Positions 38,702 to 49,095 of a stretch of 64,000 bases of DNA are shown here, piece by piece. The stretch lies in NCBI GenBank assembly GCA_903917735.1, contig CAIXBR010000093.1, forward strand, positions 72,227 to 136,226, written 5' to 3'. Source of the stretch: an uncultured Elusimicrobia bacterium (GTDB lineage Bacteria; Elusimicrobiota; Elusimicrobia; Elusimicrobiales; UBA9959). The notes under the pieces are model-generated. The model had not been told where the DNA came from. It did no database searches and was given only the letters and a program-made list of their open reading frames with translations. How positions within the stretch are numbered: position 1 is the stretch's first letter; each line of letters begins with the position of its first letter. Made by a program: the position numbers and the translations under genes.

Positions 38702-40533
38702 TGAAATATCTGCTGCTTGCGGTTTTATTGTCGGCCCCTTTCTCCGCCGCCTGGCCAAGGGCGGGAGGCGGAGGTGGCGGCTGTTTCCCGGCCGGCACCA
38801 TCATCCAGACCACCGCCGGCGGCATCCCCATAGAAAAAATACGCGCCGACGACAGGGTGCTGGCGTTCTCCAACGACCGCATAGTGCAGGCGGACGTGAA
38901 AAATGTTTACGAAAAGGAAGACCGCCTGCTGGTGATCCGGACAGCGAAAGCCAAACTGACGACCACCTCGGAGCACCCTCTGCTGACCAGGGACGGTTTC
39001 ACCGAAGCCCGCAACATAAAAAAAGGCATGGAAGTAGCTATCCTGTCCGAAGGACACAGGGTGTGGACAAGAATAAGGTCCATAAAACCCGGCGGAGTAA
39101 GCACGGTCTATAATCTTGAAGTAGCCCCTCCCCACACCTTTATAGCCGACGGGTTCATAGTGCACAACAAAGGCGGCGGCTTTTCCGGCGGCGGCGGGTA
39201 TTACCACAGCAGCGGGTATTATGGCAGCGACGGCCTCTATCATTCCGGCAGCAGCCCCACCGAGAATTACTTTATGTTCGCGCTTATCGCCGTTGTCCTC
39301 CTGATAAAAGGCATCTCGTTCTTTTCCGAGCAGAAAGCCTCCGCCCCCAGGAAGAATTGCCTTATGGATGGCGGCTCCGTGGCGCCCAGGGCGGAGACTA
39401 CCCTCGCCATAATGAAAAGTCTAGCCCGCGGAGACGCTGCCTTCAACCCGGACGAGCTGGAAGGCTTCGTGCGCAACGTTTTCATGCGGGTCGAACTGGC
39501 CTGGCAGGCGCGGGACTACAGCACGGTGAGCGACGTCATGCTACCGAATATACTGGCCGAGCACAGCGCCCAGGTAGAGAACATGAAGCAAAGACACGAA
39601 GTGAACATGATGGACGACCTCAAGGTCCTCAAGATAGACTTCGTGCACGTGCGCTGCCCCCGGGAAAAAGAGGGGCGTTCTTTCACCGTGCTTATAACCG
39701 CTTCGGCATGCGATTACACCATAAACGAGGACAGCGATCCGGCCGCCAGCCCGGGCGCGGAAGCCGCCGCCTTCCAGGAATACTGGACTTTCTACCAGTA
39801 CAACGGGAACTGGGCCCTGGCCCGCATAGACCAGGTTGGGGCCCTGGACATTCTGGGCGCGCCCAACCTCCCGGATAAGCCCGAGAACGCGCAGGCGTTC
39901 GTCCAGCCCGGCGCCGCGGCAACTGGCTACAGCATCGAAACCGCGACGGGGATCATGTCCGCGGCCGCCGACGCCTCCGGTGCCCTGGCCGTGGCCGCGG
40001 TCACGCTGCCGGAGGCGGCCTATGCGCCGCCCCCCGCACCGGAACCGGACGGCACCTGGAACAGGCAGAAAATGGAGATAGCCGCCACGCTGGCCTTCGA
40101 GAGCGTCTACGCGGCCTGGGGCGCGAACGACAGTTCGCTGCTGAAAGGGGAGTTCGTTTCGGCGGAGGCGCTGGCCAGGCTGAATAATATCATGGAAGCG
40201 AGGAAAGCCGAGGGTTTTACTTTTGAATTCAGGAGCCTGTTCACGCGCAGGGCGGAGGTAGTGCTTACCAGCCCCGCCGGAAAGAACGATCTGAAACTGG
40301 ACGAGTTTACGGCCAGGATAACCGCCACGGCCGTGCGGGCCATGCTGCGTAACGGCAAGCCTCTTCACCGCGACGAAGCTCCGCATCCTTTCACCGAATA
40401 CTGGGTTTTCGGCCGCCAGAATGATGAGTGGAAGCTGCGCGACATCCTGCCGCGCATGGACAAGGACAACCCGGCCAGCGCACAGGACGGCGAACCGAGC
40501 CCGGTGCAGATAGAATGGTATTGGGAAACCTGA
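38701..40533 (+). CDS. Signal peptide + Hint (bacterial intein-like) domain + TM + two Tim44-like domains
   Basis: 610 aa. Hint blocks are C28-FPAGTIIQT (block A), TSEH (T89xxH92, block B) and VYNLEVAPPHTFIADGFIVHN156 (blocks F/G); the domain spans 38782..39168. It is flanked by GGGGGG and KGGGFSGGGG. TM helix at about aa 189-208. Two Tim44-type modules follow (...YWTFYQYNGNWALARIDQ and ...YWVFGRQNDEWKLRDI). Confidence 0.75.
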   Translation: MKYLLLAVLLSAPFSAAWPRAGGGGGGCFPAGTIIQTTAGGIPIEKIRADDRVLAFSNDRIVQADVKNVYEKEDRLLVIRTAKAKLTTTSEHPLLTRDGFTEARNIKKGMEVAILSEGHRVWTRIRSIKPGGVSTVYNLEVAPPHTFIADGFIVHNKGGGFSGGGGYYHSSGYYGSDGLYHSGSSPTENYFMFALIAVVLLIKGISFFSEQKASAPRKNCLMDGGSVAPRAETTLAIMKSLARGDAAFNPDELEGFVRNVFMRVELAWQARDYSTVSDVMLPNILAEHSAQVENMKQRHEVNMMDDLKVLKIDFVHVRCPREKEGRSFTVLITASACDYTINEDSDPAASPGAEAAAFQEYWTFYQYNGNWALARIDQVGALDILGAPNLPDKPENAQAFVQPGAAATGYSIETATGIMSAAADASGALAVAAVTLPEAAYAPPPAPEPDGTWNRQKMEIAATLAFESVYAAWGANDSSLLKGEFVSAEALARLNNIMEARKAEGFTFEFRSLFTRRAEVVLTSPAGKNDLKLDEFTARITATAVRAMLRNGKPLHRDEAPHPFTEYWVFGRQNDEWKLRDILPRMDKDNPASAQDGEPSPVQIEWYWET

Positions 40534-40539
40534 CGGACC

Positions 40540-40899
40540 TCAGCCGATAAGTTTTACTTTATAGCCGGCCGCCTCAAGCTCCGCTTTTATGAAATCGCGG
40601 CGGTCGCCCTGTATCTCCAGTACGCCCTGCTTTACCGTTCCCCCTGCTCCAAGCCGCTTCTTGAATTTTTTAAGAAGCTCCTCTTTCCCCGCCGGGTGCA
40701 TGGGCAGCTTCTCCACCAGCGTAAGGCCGCTGCCTTTCCCGCTTTTGCGGAAAGAAACGCGGACGGGTTCGGTCTGCGTCCGCTTGCGAAGCTCGCCCGC
40801 CAGGCCCTCCGGGCAGACGCACGGCGTTTTGCCACAGTTCGGGCAGTTAACTTTCCCGTCGGGCCCCGTGGAATATACCAGTCTGTCGTTGTCCGTCAT
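40540..40899 (-). CDS. yciH: Translation initiation factor SUI1/YciH family
   Basis: 119 aa. C-terminal SUI1 fold pattern KKFKKRLGAGGTVKQGVLEIQGDRRDFIKAELEAAGYKVK. Confidence 0.85.
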   Translation of the reverse strand: MTDNDRLVYSTGPDGKVNCPNCGKTPCVCPEGLAGELRKRTQTEPVRVSFRKSGKGSGLTLVEKLPMHPAGKEELLKKFKKRLGAGGTVKQGVLEIQGDRRDFIKAELEAAGYKVKLIG

Positions 40900-40904
40900 A
40901 GCGC

Positions 40905-41573
40905 TCAGCGGGGAACCGCCGCCTCAGCCAGCTGACCTTTCAGTATCTTAATGTCGGCGCGAAAGGCCGGGCTTTTTTCATAGGCCCGGTAGACCTTTTC
41001 AGCCAGCTTCCTTCCGGCCTCTATGTCGGACGGATAGTGCACGCCGCCGATAACCCGGTAAAGGGCGGCCTCATCGGCGCGGGCCAGGAATTCCTTTTTC
41101 CTGGAGGGAACAAGGTCGGCCAGGATCAGGGCGAACAGCCGGGATATGGTGGCGTGTCCGCTGGGATAGGCCAGGCCGCCCACCCTGCCGAGACACGGCT
41201 CCAGCGCGGCGTCCCTGGCGAAAGGGCGCGGCCTGCGGAACCGCTCTTTCAACTGGGCGGCTACCGCGTCGGTCTGCGCCTTCACACGCCTGAAGACCTC
41301 GGCCGCCGGGGCCGGCATGGGCGCCGGGAAAGGACTTATATCCCCGAAGAACTCCCCATACGCGGTGCGTTTGCCCTGCCAGTCCTTCAGCGTTGCCATA
41401 TCTGCCCTGTCGGCTTCCGAGCCGGCCGCCGGCGGCGCGGGAAAATCGGCCAGTTCCTGCTGCCGGGCCGTCAGGTAATAGGTAGAACGCACTATTACAT
41501 AGTCGGCCGAAAAGCCGGAAAGGGGAAGGAACAGCGCTGCGGCGGCTATAAAAAGCGGGCGTTTGATATCCAT
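40905..41573 (-). CDS. PAP2 family (class A acid) phosphatase
   Basis: Start set at [20 protein letters not shown] (signal). Motifs [21 protein letters not shown]. Confidence 0.82.
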   Translation of the reverse strand: MDIKRPLFIAAAALFLPLSGFSADYVIVRSTYYLTARQQELADFPAPPAAGSEADRADMATLKDWQGKRTAYGEFFGDISPFPAPMPAPAAEVFRRVKAQTDAVAAQLKERFRRPRPFARDAALEPCLGRVGGLAYPSGHATISRLFALILADLVPSRKKEFLARADEAALYRVIGGVHYPSDIEAGRKLAEKVYRAYEKSPAFRADIKILKGQLAEAAVPR

Positions 41574-41665
41574 GCCTAAATTGTACAAAAACCTGCGCTT
41601 CCTATTCCCCCCCGCCATTGGAAAAAGTTATACTAATAGCAGATTTACAGAAACGGGAGGCAGCC

Positions 41666-43099
41666 ATGAACACAGCACTCAAGGAGAAAGTAAAAATCAT
41701 GAAGAACGACTTTAAAGTCAACGATATCAGCCTGGCAGCCCTGGGCCGCCGCGAAATAGAAATAGCCGAAAAAGAAATGCCCGGCCTTATGGCCATACGC
41801 GATAAATTCGCCGCCAGGAAGCCCCTTAAGGGCGCGCGCGTAATGGGCTCGCTGCACATGACCACCCAGACAGCCGTGCTCATAGAGACACTCTCCACCC
41901 TGGGCGCCGAAGTGCGCTGGTGCTCCTGTAATATTTACTCCACCAGCGACCAGGCCGCCGCAGCCATCGCCGCCACCGGCATCCCCGTGTACGCCTGGAA
42001 AGGCGAGACGCTGGCCGAATACTGGTGGTGCACCGAAAAGGCCCTTGATTTCGGCAATGGACGCGGCCCCAACCTTATAGTGGACGATGGCGGCGACGCC
42101 ACCATGATGATGCACCGCGGCTTCGCGGCGGAAGGCAACCCCAAAATACTCGACGCCAAGGCCGGCTGCGAAGACGAGCAGGAACTGAACAAGAGCCTGA
42201 AAGCCATCCTCAAGGCCTCGCCTAAGCGCTGGCACCTGGCCGTGAAGGACTGGAAAGGCGTCTCGGAAGAGACCACCACCGGCGTGCACCGCCTGTACCA
42301 GATGCATGAGGCGGGCACCCTGATGGTGCCCGCCATCAACGTTAACGATTCCGTGACCAAGTCCAAGTTCGACAACCTGTACGGCTGCCGCGAATCCCTG
42401 GCAGACGGCATCAAGCGCGCCACCGACGTGATGATAGCCGGCAAGGTAGTGGTGGTGTGCGGCTACGGCGACGTGGGCAAAGGCTGCGCCCGCTCCATGC
42501 ACGGCTTCGGCGCGCGCGTGATCGTGACCGAGATAGACCCCATCTGCGCGCTGCAGGCCGCGATGGAAGGCTTCGAGGTGAAGACCGTTGAGGATACCCT
42601 CGGCGAAGGCGACATCTACGTCACAACCACCGGCAACCGCGACATCATCAAGCTCGAGCACATGCTTAAGATGAAGGACCAGGCCATAGTCTGCAACATC
42701 GGCCATTTCGACGACGAGATACAGATGGCCGCGCTGAACAAGGCCAAGGGCGTGAAGCAGGTCAACATCAAGCCGCAGGTGGACCGCTACGACCTTCCCT
42801 CCGGCCGCGCCATCTACGTACTGGCGCAGGGCCGCCTGGTGAACCTGGGCTGCGCCAAGGGCCATCCCTCGTTCGTGATGAGCAACTCCTTCTCCAACCA
42901 GACGCTGGCGCAGCTTGAGCTGTGGACCAAGAAAATGGCCGTGGGCGTGTACCGCCTGCCCAAGCACCTGGACGAAGAAGTGGCCCGCCTGCACCTGGCG
43001 AAGATCGGCGTGAAGCTGACCACGCTGACCAAAGAGCAGGCCGAATACATCGGCGTTAAAGTGGACGGCCCGTACAAAGCCGACCATTACCGCTACTAA
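41666..43099 (+). CDS. ahcY: Adenosylhomocysteinase
   Basis: Start moved to MNTALKEK (GGGAGG SD). Contains [24 protein letters not shown] and the NAD motif [12 protein letters not shown]. Ends ...KADHYRY. Confidence 0.93.
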   Translation: MNTALKEKVKIMKNDFKVNDISLAALGRREIEIAEKEMPGLMAIRDKFAARKPLKGARVMGSLHMTTQTAVLIETLSTLGAEVRWCSCNIYSTSDQAAAAIAATGIPVYAWKGETLAEYWWCTEKALDFGNGRGPNLIVDDGGDATMMMHRGFAAEGNPKILDAKAGCEDEQELNKSLKAILKASPKRWHLAVKDWKGVSEETTTGVHRLYQMHEAGTLMVPAINVNDSVTKSKFDNLYGCRESLADGIKRATDVMIAGKVVVVCGYGDVGKGCARSMHGFGARVIVTEIDPICALQAAMEGFEVKTVEDTLGEGDIYVTTTGNRDIIKLEHMLKMKDQAIVCNIGHFDDEIQMAALNKAKGVKQVNIKPQVDRYDLPSGRAIYVLAQGRLVNLGCAKGHPSFVMSNSFSNQTLAQLELWTKKMAVGVYRLPKHLDEEVARLHLAKIGVKLTTLTKEQAEYIGVKVDGPYKADHYRY

Positions 43100-43120
43100 A
43101 CCGGCAAGGCCAGAACGGAA

Positions 43121-43150
43121 AGCCCGGGGCGAAAACCCCGGGCTTTTTTG
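43121..43150 (+). terminator. Rho-independent terminator after ahcY
   Basis: AGCCCGGGG-cgaaaa-CCCCGGGCT followed by TTTTTT. Confidence 0.85.
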
Positions 43151-43172
43151 TATTATAGGCGGAAGGGGAACC

Positions 43173-43934
43173 ATGAAACTAAGCTTTTTGACTATAAACG
43201 CGCACAAAGGGTTTTCAACCCTTAACAAGCGCTTCGCCCTGCCGGAGCTGCGCGACTGCATACATTCCACCGGGGCCGACATCATTTTCATGCAGGAGGT
43301 AGTGGGACAGAACCTCCGGCACGCGGAGAAATATTTCGGCTGGCCGGAAAAGCCGCAGCACGAGTACATGACCGAAAGGTCCGGGTTCAGCCACGTTTAC
43401 GGAAAGAATTCCGTCTACACCGCCGGCCACCACGGCAACGCCATCCTTTCCCGCTTCCCCATACTGCATTCGGAAAGAGTGGATATTTCCACCAACAGGC
43501 TGGAAAAACGCGGGCTGCTGTACGCGAAAATAAAGCTGCCTGAAGGCAAACTGCCGCTGCACTGCATCTGCGTGCACCTCGGGCTTTTAGGCGTCTCGCG
43601 GCGCAAACAGTTCACGAAGATACGCGAATACATACAACACGTGGTCCCGGACACGGAACCTGCGATAATAGCCGGCGACTTCAACGAATGGCGCAAGCGC
43701 AAAAAGAACGAACTGGAAACGCGCCTGCTGATGAAGGATGCCGGGCTCGAACTGTACGGCCGCAAACTGCGCACCTTCCCCGCCCTGATGCCTGTACTGC
43801 CCCTGGACCGCGTCTACCTGCGCGGCTTCAGGGTCGTTAAAGCGCAGGTGCTCAATAAAGGCCCCTGGAAGGACATTTCCGACCACGCGGCCTTCCTCGC
43901 TGAAGCCGAATACGACTGGCCCCCCGCCCGCTGA
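43173..43934 (+). CDS. Endonuclease/exonuclease/phosphatase (EEP) family protein
   Basis: 253 aa. EEP motifs IIFMQEV, GNAILSRFP, IIAGDFN, SDHAAF. Confidence 0.75.
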   Translation: MKLSFLTINAHKGFSTLNKRFALPELRDCIHSTGADIIFMQEVVGQNLRHAEKYFGWPEKPQHEYMTERSGFSHVYGKNSVYTAGHHGNAILSRFPILHSERVDISTNRLEKRGLLYAKIKLPEGKLPLHCICVHLGLLGVSRRKQFTKIREYIQHVVPDTEPAIIAGDFNEWRKRKKNELETRLLMKDAGLELYGRKLRTFPALMPVLPLDRVYLRGFRVVKAQVLNKGPWKDISDHAAFLAEAEYDWPPAR

Positions 43935-43962
43935 GCCCGCGCTTTTTATAGAATAGTACTGC

Positions 43963-46443
43963 ATGCTACCGATAATGCAAAGCGCGGAGCGTATCCTTAA
44001 AGCCGCGGCCAAAAGCCGCAGGCTGATAATTTCTTCCCCCCCGGGATCGGGCAAATCCACAAAAGTTCCGCAGTTGCTGCTGGACAGCGGCAAACTCGGC
44101 GGCAAGATAGCCGTGCTGGAGCCGCGGCGGCTGGCAGCGCGCATGCTAGCCGACCGCGTAGCCAAAGAACGCAGCGGCTCTTCCGGCGGCGAGGTGGGCT
44201 ACCGCGTGCGCTTCGAGGACAGGACCGGTCCTGGTAGCCGGATAATCTTCGAGACCGAGGGCATACTGCTGCGCGAGCTGGTTTCGGACCCGCTGCTGAA
44301 AAAATATTCCGCCATAATACTGGACGAGTTCCACGAGCGCCACATCCACGGCGACATAACCCTGGCCGCCTGCCTGGCGCTGCAGAAAGGCTCGAGGCCG
44401 GACCTTTTAATAGTGGTGATGTCCGCCACCCTGGACGAAAAATCGCTGGCCGCCTATATGTACCCCTGCGAGACGGTTCTGGCCGAAGGCACCGTTTACC
44501 CGGTGCGCACTCTTTACTGCGGCCCTGAACTAGCCAGACTGCCAGCCTGGGCGGCCGCCGCGAAAACCTGCCAGCAGGTGCTGGCGGCGGTAAAGGAAGG
44601 CCACGCGCTGGTCTTTATGCCCGGCACTTACGAGATAAACCGCACCGCGGCCGAGCTGGCCAAGATACCGTCCCTGTCAGATTTCTCCGTCATGCCCCTT
44701 CACGGGGATATGCCCCCCCGCGCGCAGGACGCCGCCGTTGCTCCGTCGGTGAAGCGCAAGATCATAATAGCCACCAATATAGCGGAAACCTCGCTTACCA
44801 TCGAAGGCGTCACCGCCGTCATAGACAGCGGCCTGGCCCGCATAGCCCGCTACGACGGAGCACGCGGCATAAACACCCTTTTCACCGAGGACATAGCCGT
44901 GCCCTCCGCCGCCCAGCGCGCGGGGCGCGCCGGCCGCACCGCGCCGGGGATCTGCGCCCGGCTCTGGACAGAACGAGAAAACTCCGGCCGGCCCGCTTCA
45001 CTCGAGCCTGAGATCCTCCGGCTGGACATAAGCGAAGCCCTGCTGACGCTGAAAGCCTGCGGCTTCAGGGATTTCGGCGCGCTGCGCTGGCTGGACCCGC
45101 CCGCCGCGCAGGACACCGCGCGCGCGGAAGCCCTGCTGCGCGACCTGGGCGCGGCCGGTCCGGATGGGGTGCTCACCCACATAGGCCGCGAGATGGCCAA
45201 ATACCCCCTTCATCCTAGGTATTCACGCATGATGGTGGAAGGCGCACGCCTCGGCTGCGCCTATGAATGCGCTATCATAGCCGCCTCCGCGCAGGGGCGC
45301 GGGATCTGGCTGGACGAGGGCGGCCCCGACACCCGTCGAGAGAGCGACACCCGCTCCGATCTGGCCGCGGTAATTAAAGCCCTGGAACTGTGCGCCGACG
45401 CTGATTTTGAACCTTACGCCTGCCAGCGCGCCGGGCTGAAGCCCGCGGCCGCCCGGGACACTGCGCGCCTGGCAAAAAGGCTTGCCGGAAAGGCGGAGCC
45501 CGGCGGCGTGCGGGAACTGGCGCTAGCCTCGCGATGCTTCCTGATGGCTTTCCCGGACAGGGTGGCCGCGCTGTTCTCGGCGGAGCGCGGCCGCTACCAG
45601 CTCCCCGGCGGCAGACGCGCGCGGTTGCATCCCAAAAGCGCGGCGGCGGGCGCGCGCATCATCTGCGCCGGTGAGGCGCTCGAAAGCCAGCAAAAAACCG
45701 GGGCTGACATAACCCTTTCTTTCGCGGCCGAGATCAAGGAAGAATGGCTCAGAGAAGCCTTTCCCGGTGACCTGGAAACGGTTTCCCGGCCGGCGCTGGA
45801 CGACAGCATGCTCACCCCGGTGACCGAGACCCTGACCCTTTACCGCGGCATCACCATACGCCGGGAGATCGCGGCGGCAAAACCCACCAAGCCCTCCTCG
45901 GACTTGATAGCCGAAGAGTTCAGCAGCGGGCGGCAGAAGTTGCAGCACTGGGACGAGGAAGTGGACGACTGGCTGGCGCGCGTGGAGTTTTTAGCGAAGG
46001 CCTGCCCGGACCTGGGCCTGGAACCTTTGACGGAAGAGGACACGAAGCTCATCATCGCCGACATTTGCGCCGGCGCGCGCAGCGTGGCAGAGGCGAAGAC
46101 CAGGCCGGTAATGCCAGCCCTGCAGGAGTGGTTCGGCTGGGACAAGACCCGCCTGATAGACCGGCACGCCCCCGCCCGCCTGGAAATGCCCGGCGGCCGC
46201 AGGGCGAAGATAAAGTACCCGCGCGGGCGCGAGCCCTATCTGGAGGCCAAGATACAAGACCTTTTTTCCCTGACGGAAACCCCCCGCATAGCGGCGGGCC
46301 GGGTCCTGTTGGTGGTGCATATACTGGCGCCTTCAATGCGGCCGGTGCAGGTAACGAAAGATTTGAAAAGCTTCTGGGCGGAGAGCTACCCCAGGCTTAA
46401 ACCGCAACTCGCGAGACGTTACCCCAGGCACAAGTGGCTTTAA
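43963..46443 (+). CDS. hrpB: ATP-dependent RNA helicase HrpB
   Basis: 826 aa. PPGSGKST, DEFHERH (DEAH box), ATNIAETSLTIEG, QRAGRAGR and the HrpB C-terminal domain. Confidence 0.9.
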   Translation: MLPIMQSAERILKAAAKSRRLIISSPPGSGKSTKVPQLLLDSGKLGGKIAVLEPRRLAARMLADRVAKERSGSSGGEVGYRVRFEDRTGPGSRIIFETEGILLRELVSDPLLKKYSAIILDEFHERHIHGDITLAACLALQKGSRPDLLIVVMSATLDEKSLAAYMYPCETVLAEGTVYPVRTLYCGPELARLPAWAAAAKTCQQVLAAVKEGHALVFMPGTYEINRTAAELAKIPSLSDFSVMPLHGDMPPRAQDAAVAPSVKRKIIIATNIAETSLTIEGVTAVIDSGLARIARYDGARGINTLFTEDIAVPSAAQRAGRAGRTAPGICARLWTERENSGRPASLEPEILRLDISEALLTLKACGFRDFGALRWLDPPAAQDTARAEALLRDLGAAGPDGVLTHIGREMAKYPLHPRYSRMMVEGARLGCAYECAIIAASAQGRGIWLDEGGPDTRRESDTRSDLAAVIKALELCADADFEPYACQRAGLKPAAARDTARLAKRLAGKAEPGGVRELALASRCFLMAFPDRVAALFSAERGRYQLPGGRRARLHPKSAAAGARIICAGEALESQQKTGADITLSFAAEIKEEWLREAFPGDLETVSRPALDDSMLTPVTETLTLYRGITIRREIAAAKPTKPSSDLIAEEFSSGRQKLQHWDEEVDDWLARVEFLAKACPDLGLEPLTEEDTKLIIADICAGARSVAEAKTRPVMPALQEWFGWDKTRLIDRHAPARLEMPGGRRAKIKYPRGREPYLEAKIQDLFSLTETPRIAAGRVLLVVHILAPSMRPVQVTKDLKSFWAESYPRLKPQLARRYPRHKWL

Positions 46444-46470
46444 AAAAGAAACTACAGTGAGGACTTAACT

Positions 46471-46887
46471 ATGCGAAACAAAATAGCGGACACTGTAAAA
46501 ATTTCGGCCCTGTCAGCCTGTATCTGCCTTTCCGCCTGCGGAAAAAAACCGGTAGAGGAGGTAGACCTGGCAAAGACCAGCCTTGGAGCCGTAAGATCGG
46601 CCCTTCAGGTTTACTACGCGGACCATGAAGGAAAATTTCCGGGAACGCTGACCGAACTTGCCCTGGACGGCAGATATTTGAAGGCGATCCCTGAAGTCAA
46701 GCTTCCGGGACACCCGGCCACCAGCGCCGTGATCTACATAGCCGCTCCGTCTGTGAACCCCAAAAGCCTGACCGACTCCGGCGGCTTCGCGTACTACAAC
46801 TCCGACAAGTATCCCGACACAAAGGGGATAGTGCTTCTTAACTGCACCCACGCGGACAGCAAAGGCTCGCCGGAATACTTATATTGA
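46471..46887 (+). CDS. Hypothetical lipoprotein (pilin-globular-domain-like)
   Basis: 138 aa. Lipobox LSAC-G. The segment VRSALQVYYADHEGKFPGTLTELA...YLKAIP resembles the head domain of type IV pilin-like proteins but lacks the prepilin N-terminus. Confidence 0.45.
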   Translation: MRNKIADTVKISALSACICLSACGKKPVEEVDLAKTSLGAVRSALQVYYADHEGKFPGTLTELALDGRYLKAIPEVKLPGHPATSAVIYIAAPSVNPKSLTDSGGFAYYNSDKYPDTKGIVLLNCTHADSKGSPEYLY

Positions 46888-46900
46888 AGCGGCTGCCGCC

Positions 46901-48416
46901 TTAAACGCCGAAAAAACCCTTTATCTTTGAAAGCAGGTCCTGCTCTTCTTTTTTAAGTCCGAGAAGCGCGGCGTCGCCCGCCAGCTTCTCTTTTACTTCG
47001 GCCAGCTCCAGGCGCCTTTTCGCCAGCAGCGCCGCTATAGAACCGGCTATCTCAGGGCGGCTAGCAAGGACGCCGCGGAAGCCTTCCCTGTCCAGCCGGT
47101 AGCAGCGGACTTCCCCTTCGGCCACTACCGTCGCCGAGCGCGGCTCGCCTGTAAACAGCCCCATTTCACCCAGGAAATTCCCCTGGCCCAGCGTCTTTAC
47201 CACCCGGTACGCGCCGACTGTCCCTGAATACAGGCGGATCTCGGCCGAGCCCTCGTAAATTATGTAAAGCCAGTCGGCCACGGTTCCCTGCCTGGTGATA
47301 ACTTCACCTCCGGAGAACGGGGTGGATCTGAGCCTGCCGGCCAGCACGGCTCTTTCCTCCTCCGTTAGCGCCTGAAAAACATAAACGCCTTGCAGCGCCG
47401 CAAGGCGCCTTTCCCGCTCGGCCTTGAAACTCTTTTCCGCTACAGCGTCAGCCTCCTCCGTAATAACCACCGACCTGGACGGAGTAGACAGATTTATCCC
47501 TGCCCTGGAAAGAGCGTAATAGATCTTGGCGCGGACATTAGAGTCGGTCCGGCCCGGAGAGGAAAGGTCGGTAAGATAATAGCGGACTTCGTAAGTCACG
47601 CCATTCGTATGGAACTCCTTTATGGCGCAATATGGTGCAGGCAACGCCGCTACGCAGGCCGGCGGGTCTTCGCGCAAAGCCCCGCCCACCGCGTCCATGA
47701 CCTCACCCGGGGCACGGTCGTAATAAACGCTGAAAGAGACCGCGCGGAAGCGGGTATTCTCCGCAGCGCGCCCCAGCACGGTAACGGGGCTCTTCATAAG
47801 TATGATGTTGGGGATCACCACCAGGTCGCCATCGAGCGTTTCTATCGTGGTCTGGCGCCAGCGGATCTCGCGCACCACCCCTTCGTACTTGTCTATACCT
47901 ATCCAGTCTCCGGGCTTAAAAGAGTCTTCGAGGTGCAGCACCATGCCGCCGATCACATTGCCGAGCGTGTCCTGAAGCGAGAAAGCCACCACGCCGGTGA
48001 CCAGCGCGGAAGTGGCCAGCACCCCGCTCAGGTCGGCGCCGGAAGCTGATACAACCGCAAGCCCCGCCAATATATAGGCGCCGGCCAGGATCAGGTCCTC
48101 GACGAACCTGGAAACCCCGGTCTTCAGTTTAGGCATGACTATTGAAAAGCCGAGGACCCCGGCCACGTTTATAGCCGCTACCACGGCGAGCAGGCGGGAC
48201 ATCAGCTCAACCAGTTTGGCAAGGCCTCCCGCGGCCACTCCCCCCCAGGAGTTTAACGGCCAGAATTCCCGCTAGCGAACCGACGGCCATAAAAACCGTT
48301 CCCCCCAGCCTTTTGCGCGAAGCCGGGCCGGAGAAGTAAAGCAGCGCGATAGAAACAAAAAGGACCGAATAAAACCCTATTATCCAGGAACCGAATAAAG
48401 CCGAGATATTTTGCAT
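46901..48416 (-). CDS. MscS-family mechanosensitive channel with C-terminal cyclic-nucleotide-binding domain; N-terminus out of frame at a C7 run
   Basis: The MscS core (GNVIGGMVLHLEDSFKPGDWI) and a cNMP-binding domain (GNFLGEMGLFTGEPRSATV) are in ORF 46901..48238. ORF 48207..48461 encodes two more N-terminal TM helices. Removing one base of the C7 run at 48240..48246 joins them (...AVKLLGGVAAGGLAKLVEL...). Confidence 0.75.
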
Positions 48417-48579
48417 GCGTATATTGTAGAAAATACCAGCCCTCGCCCCAAACCCATACATATCCGTTCAGACGGACAGACCTGAGCGGGAAACGCTTCT
48501 TTGGGAATGGAAACGGAGCGAAGTTTATGCTAGGATGATAATAGAAACGTACGTTATAAACCACTAGGAGAATAAACGA

Positions 48580-49011
48580 ATGAAAACCATAGCAGCATTA
48601 GCACTTGTAACCTGCCTCGGCGCGTTTGCCGCCGCGCAGACTAATCCCGCTTCAGCGCAGCCCCAGCAGGCCGTAACGGCCCCGGCGCAGCAGGCAGCCG
48701 TCCCCGCGACGCCCGCCCAGCCCGAGAATAAAGTGACCATGGAAGACCTGAAGAAGAAGCACATAGACTCCGTGGCCCAGCTCAAGAAAACCCATGTTGA
48801 CGAAATGAAAGCTTTCAAAGAAACCCTTAAGGGCAAAAATCCTAAAGAGAAGAAAGCGGCCGTAGAGGCCAAGAAAGCGGAACAGAAAGCCGCCGTCAAA
48901 GAACTGGAAAAGACCAACAAGGCCGAAATGGAGCAGTTCAGGAAAGACCACCCCCGGACTCACAACAAAGACAAGAAGCACGAGGGCAAGAAAGAAGAAG
49001 CGAAGAAATAA
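48580..49011 (+). CDS. Hypothetical secreted Lys/Glu-rich helical protein
   Basis: 143 aa. Signal peptide MKTIAALALVTCLGAFAAAQ, a Pro/Ala/Gln linker, and a charged helical C-terminal half. Confidence 0.55.
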   Translation: MKTIAALALVTCLGAFAAAQTNPASAQPQQAVTAPAQQAAVPATPAQPENKVTMEDLKKKHIDSVAQLKKTHVDEMKAFKETLKGKNPKEKKAAVEAKKAEQKAAVKELEKTNKAEMEQFRKDHPRTHNKDKKHEGKKEEAKK

Positions 49012-49034
49012 GCACGCGCCCCGTACAGTAAAAA

Positions 49035-49066
49035 GCCCGGCCGGACAAAAGTCCGCCGGGTTTTTC
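49035..49066 (+). terminator. Rho-independent terminator
   Basis: GCCCGGCCGGAC-aaaa-GTCCGCCGGG followed by TTTTT. Confidence 0.8.
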
Positions 49067-49095
49067 ATTTTATCCGCGATAACAGGAGGCGAACC

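Noticed and set aside
38782-39168. Canonical self-splicing intein.
   Set aside because: The residue after the terminal His-Asn is Lys, not Cys/Ser/Thr. There is no homing-endonuclease domain, and the host is not a typical conserved intein target. A BIL-type Hint domain fits better.
41574-41665. SAH riboswitch upstream of ahcY.
   Set aside because: The 92-nt divergent intergenic region is AT/pyrimidine-rich and lacks the GC-rich pseudoknot core of SAH riboswitches. It is also too short.
41645-43369. 574-aa minus-strand ORF covering the whole ahcY region. Similar long antisense ORFs include 537..1754, 5275..6210, 21594..22502, 30320..31600, 36216..37112, 37137..38075, 51511..52989 and 53092..54261.
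   Set aside because: Each lies opposite a gene with unmistakable family motifs. Their products are Arg/Gly/His/Pro/Ala-rich low-complexity strings with no motifs. Stop-poor antisense frames are expected in high-GC DNA.
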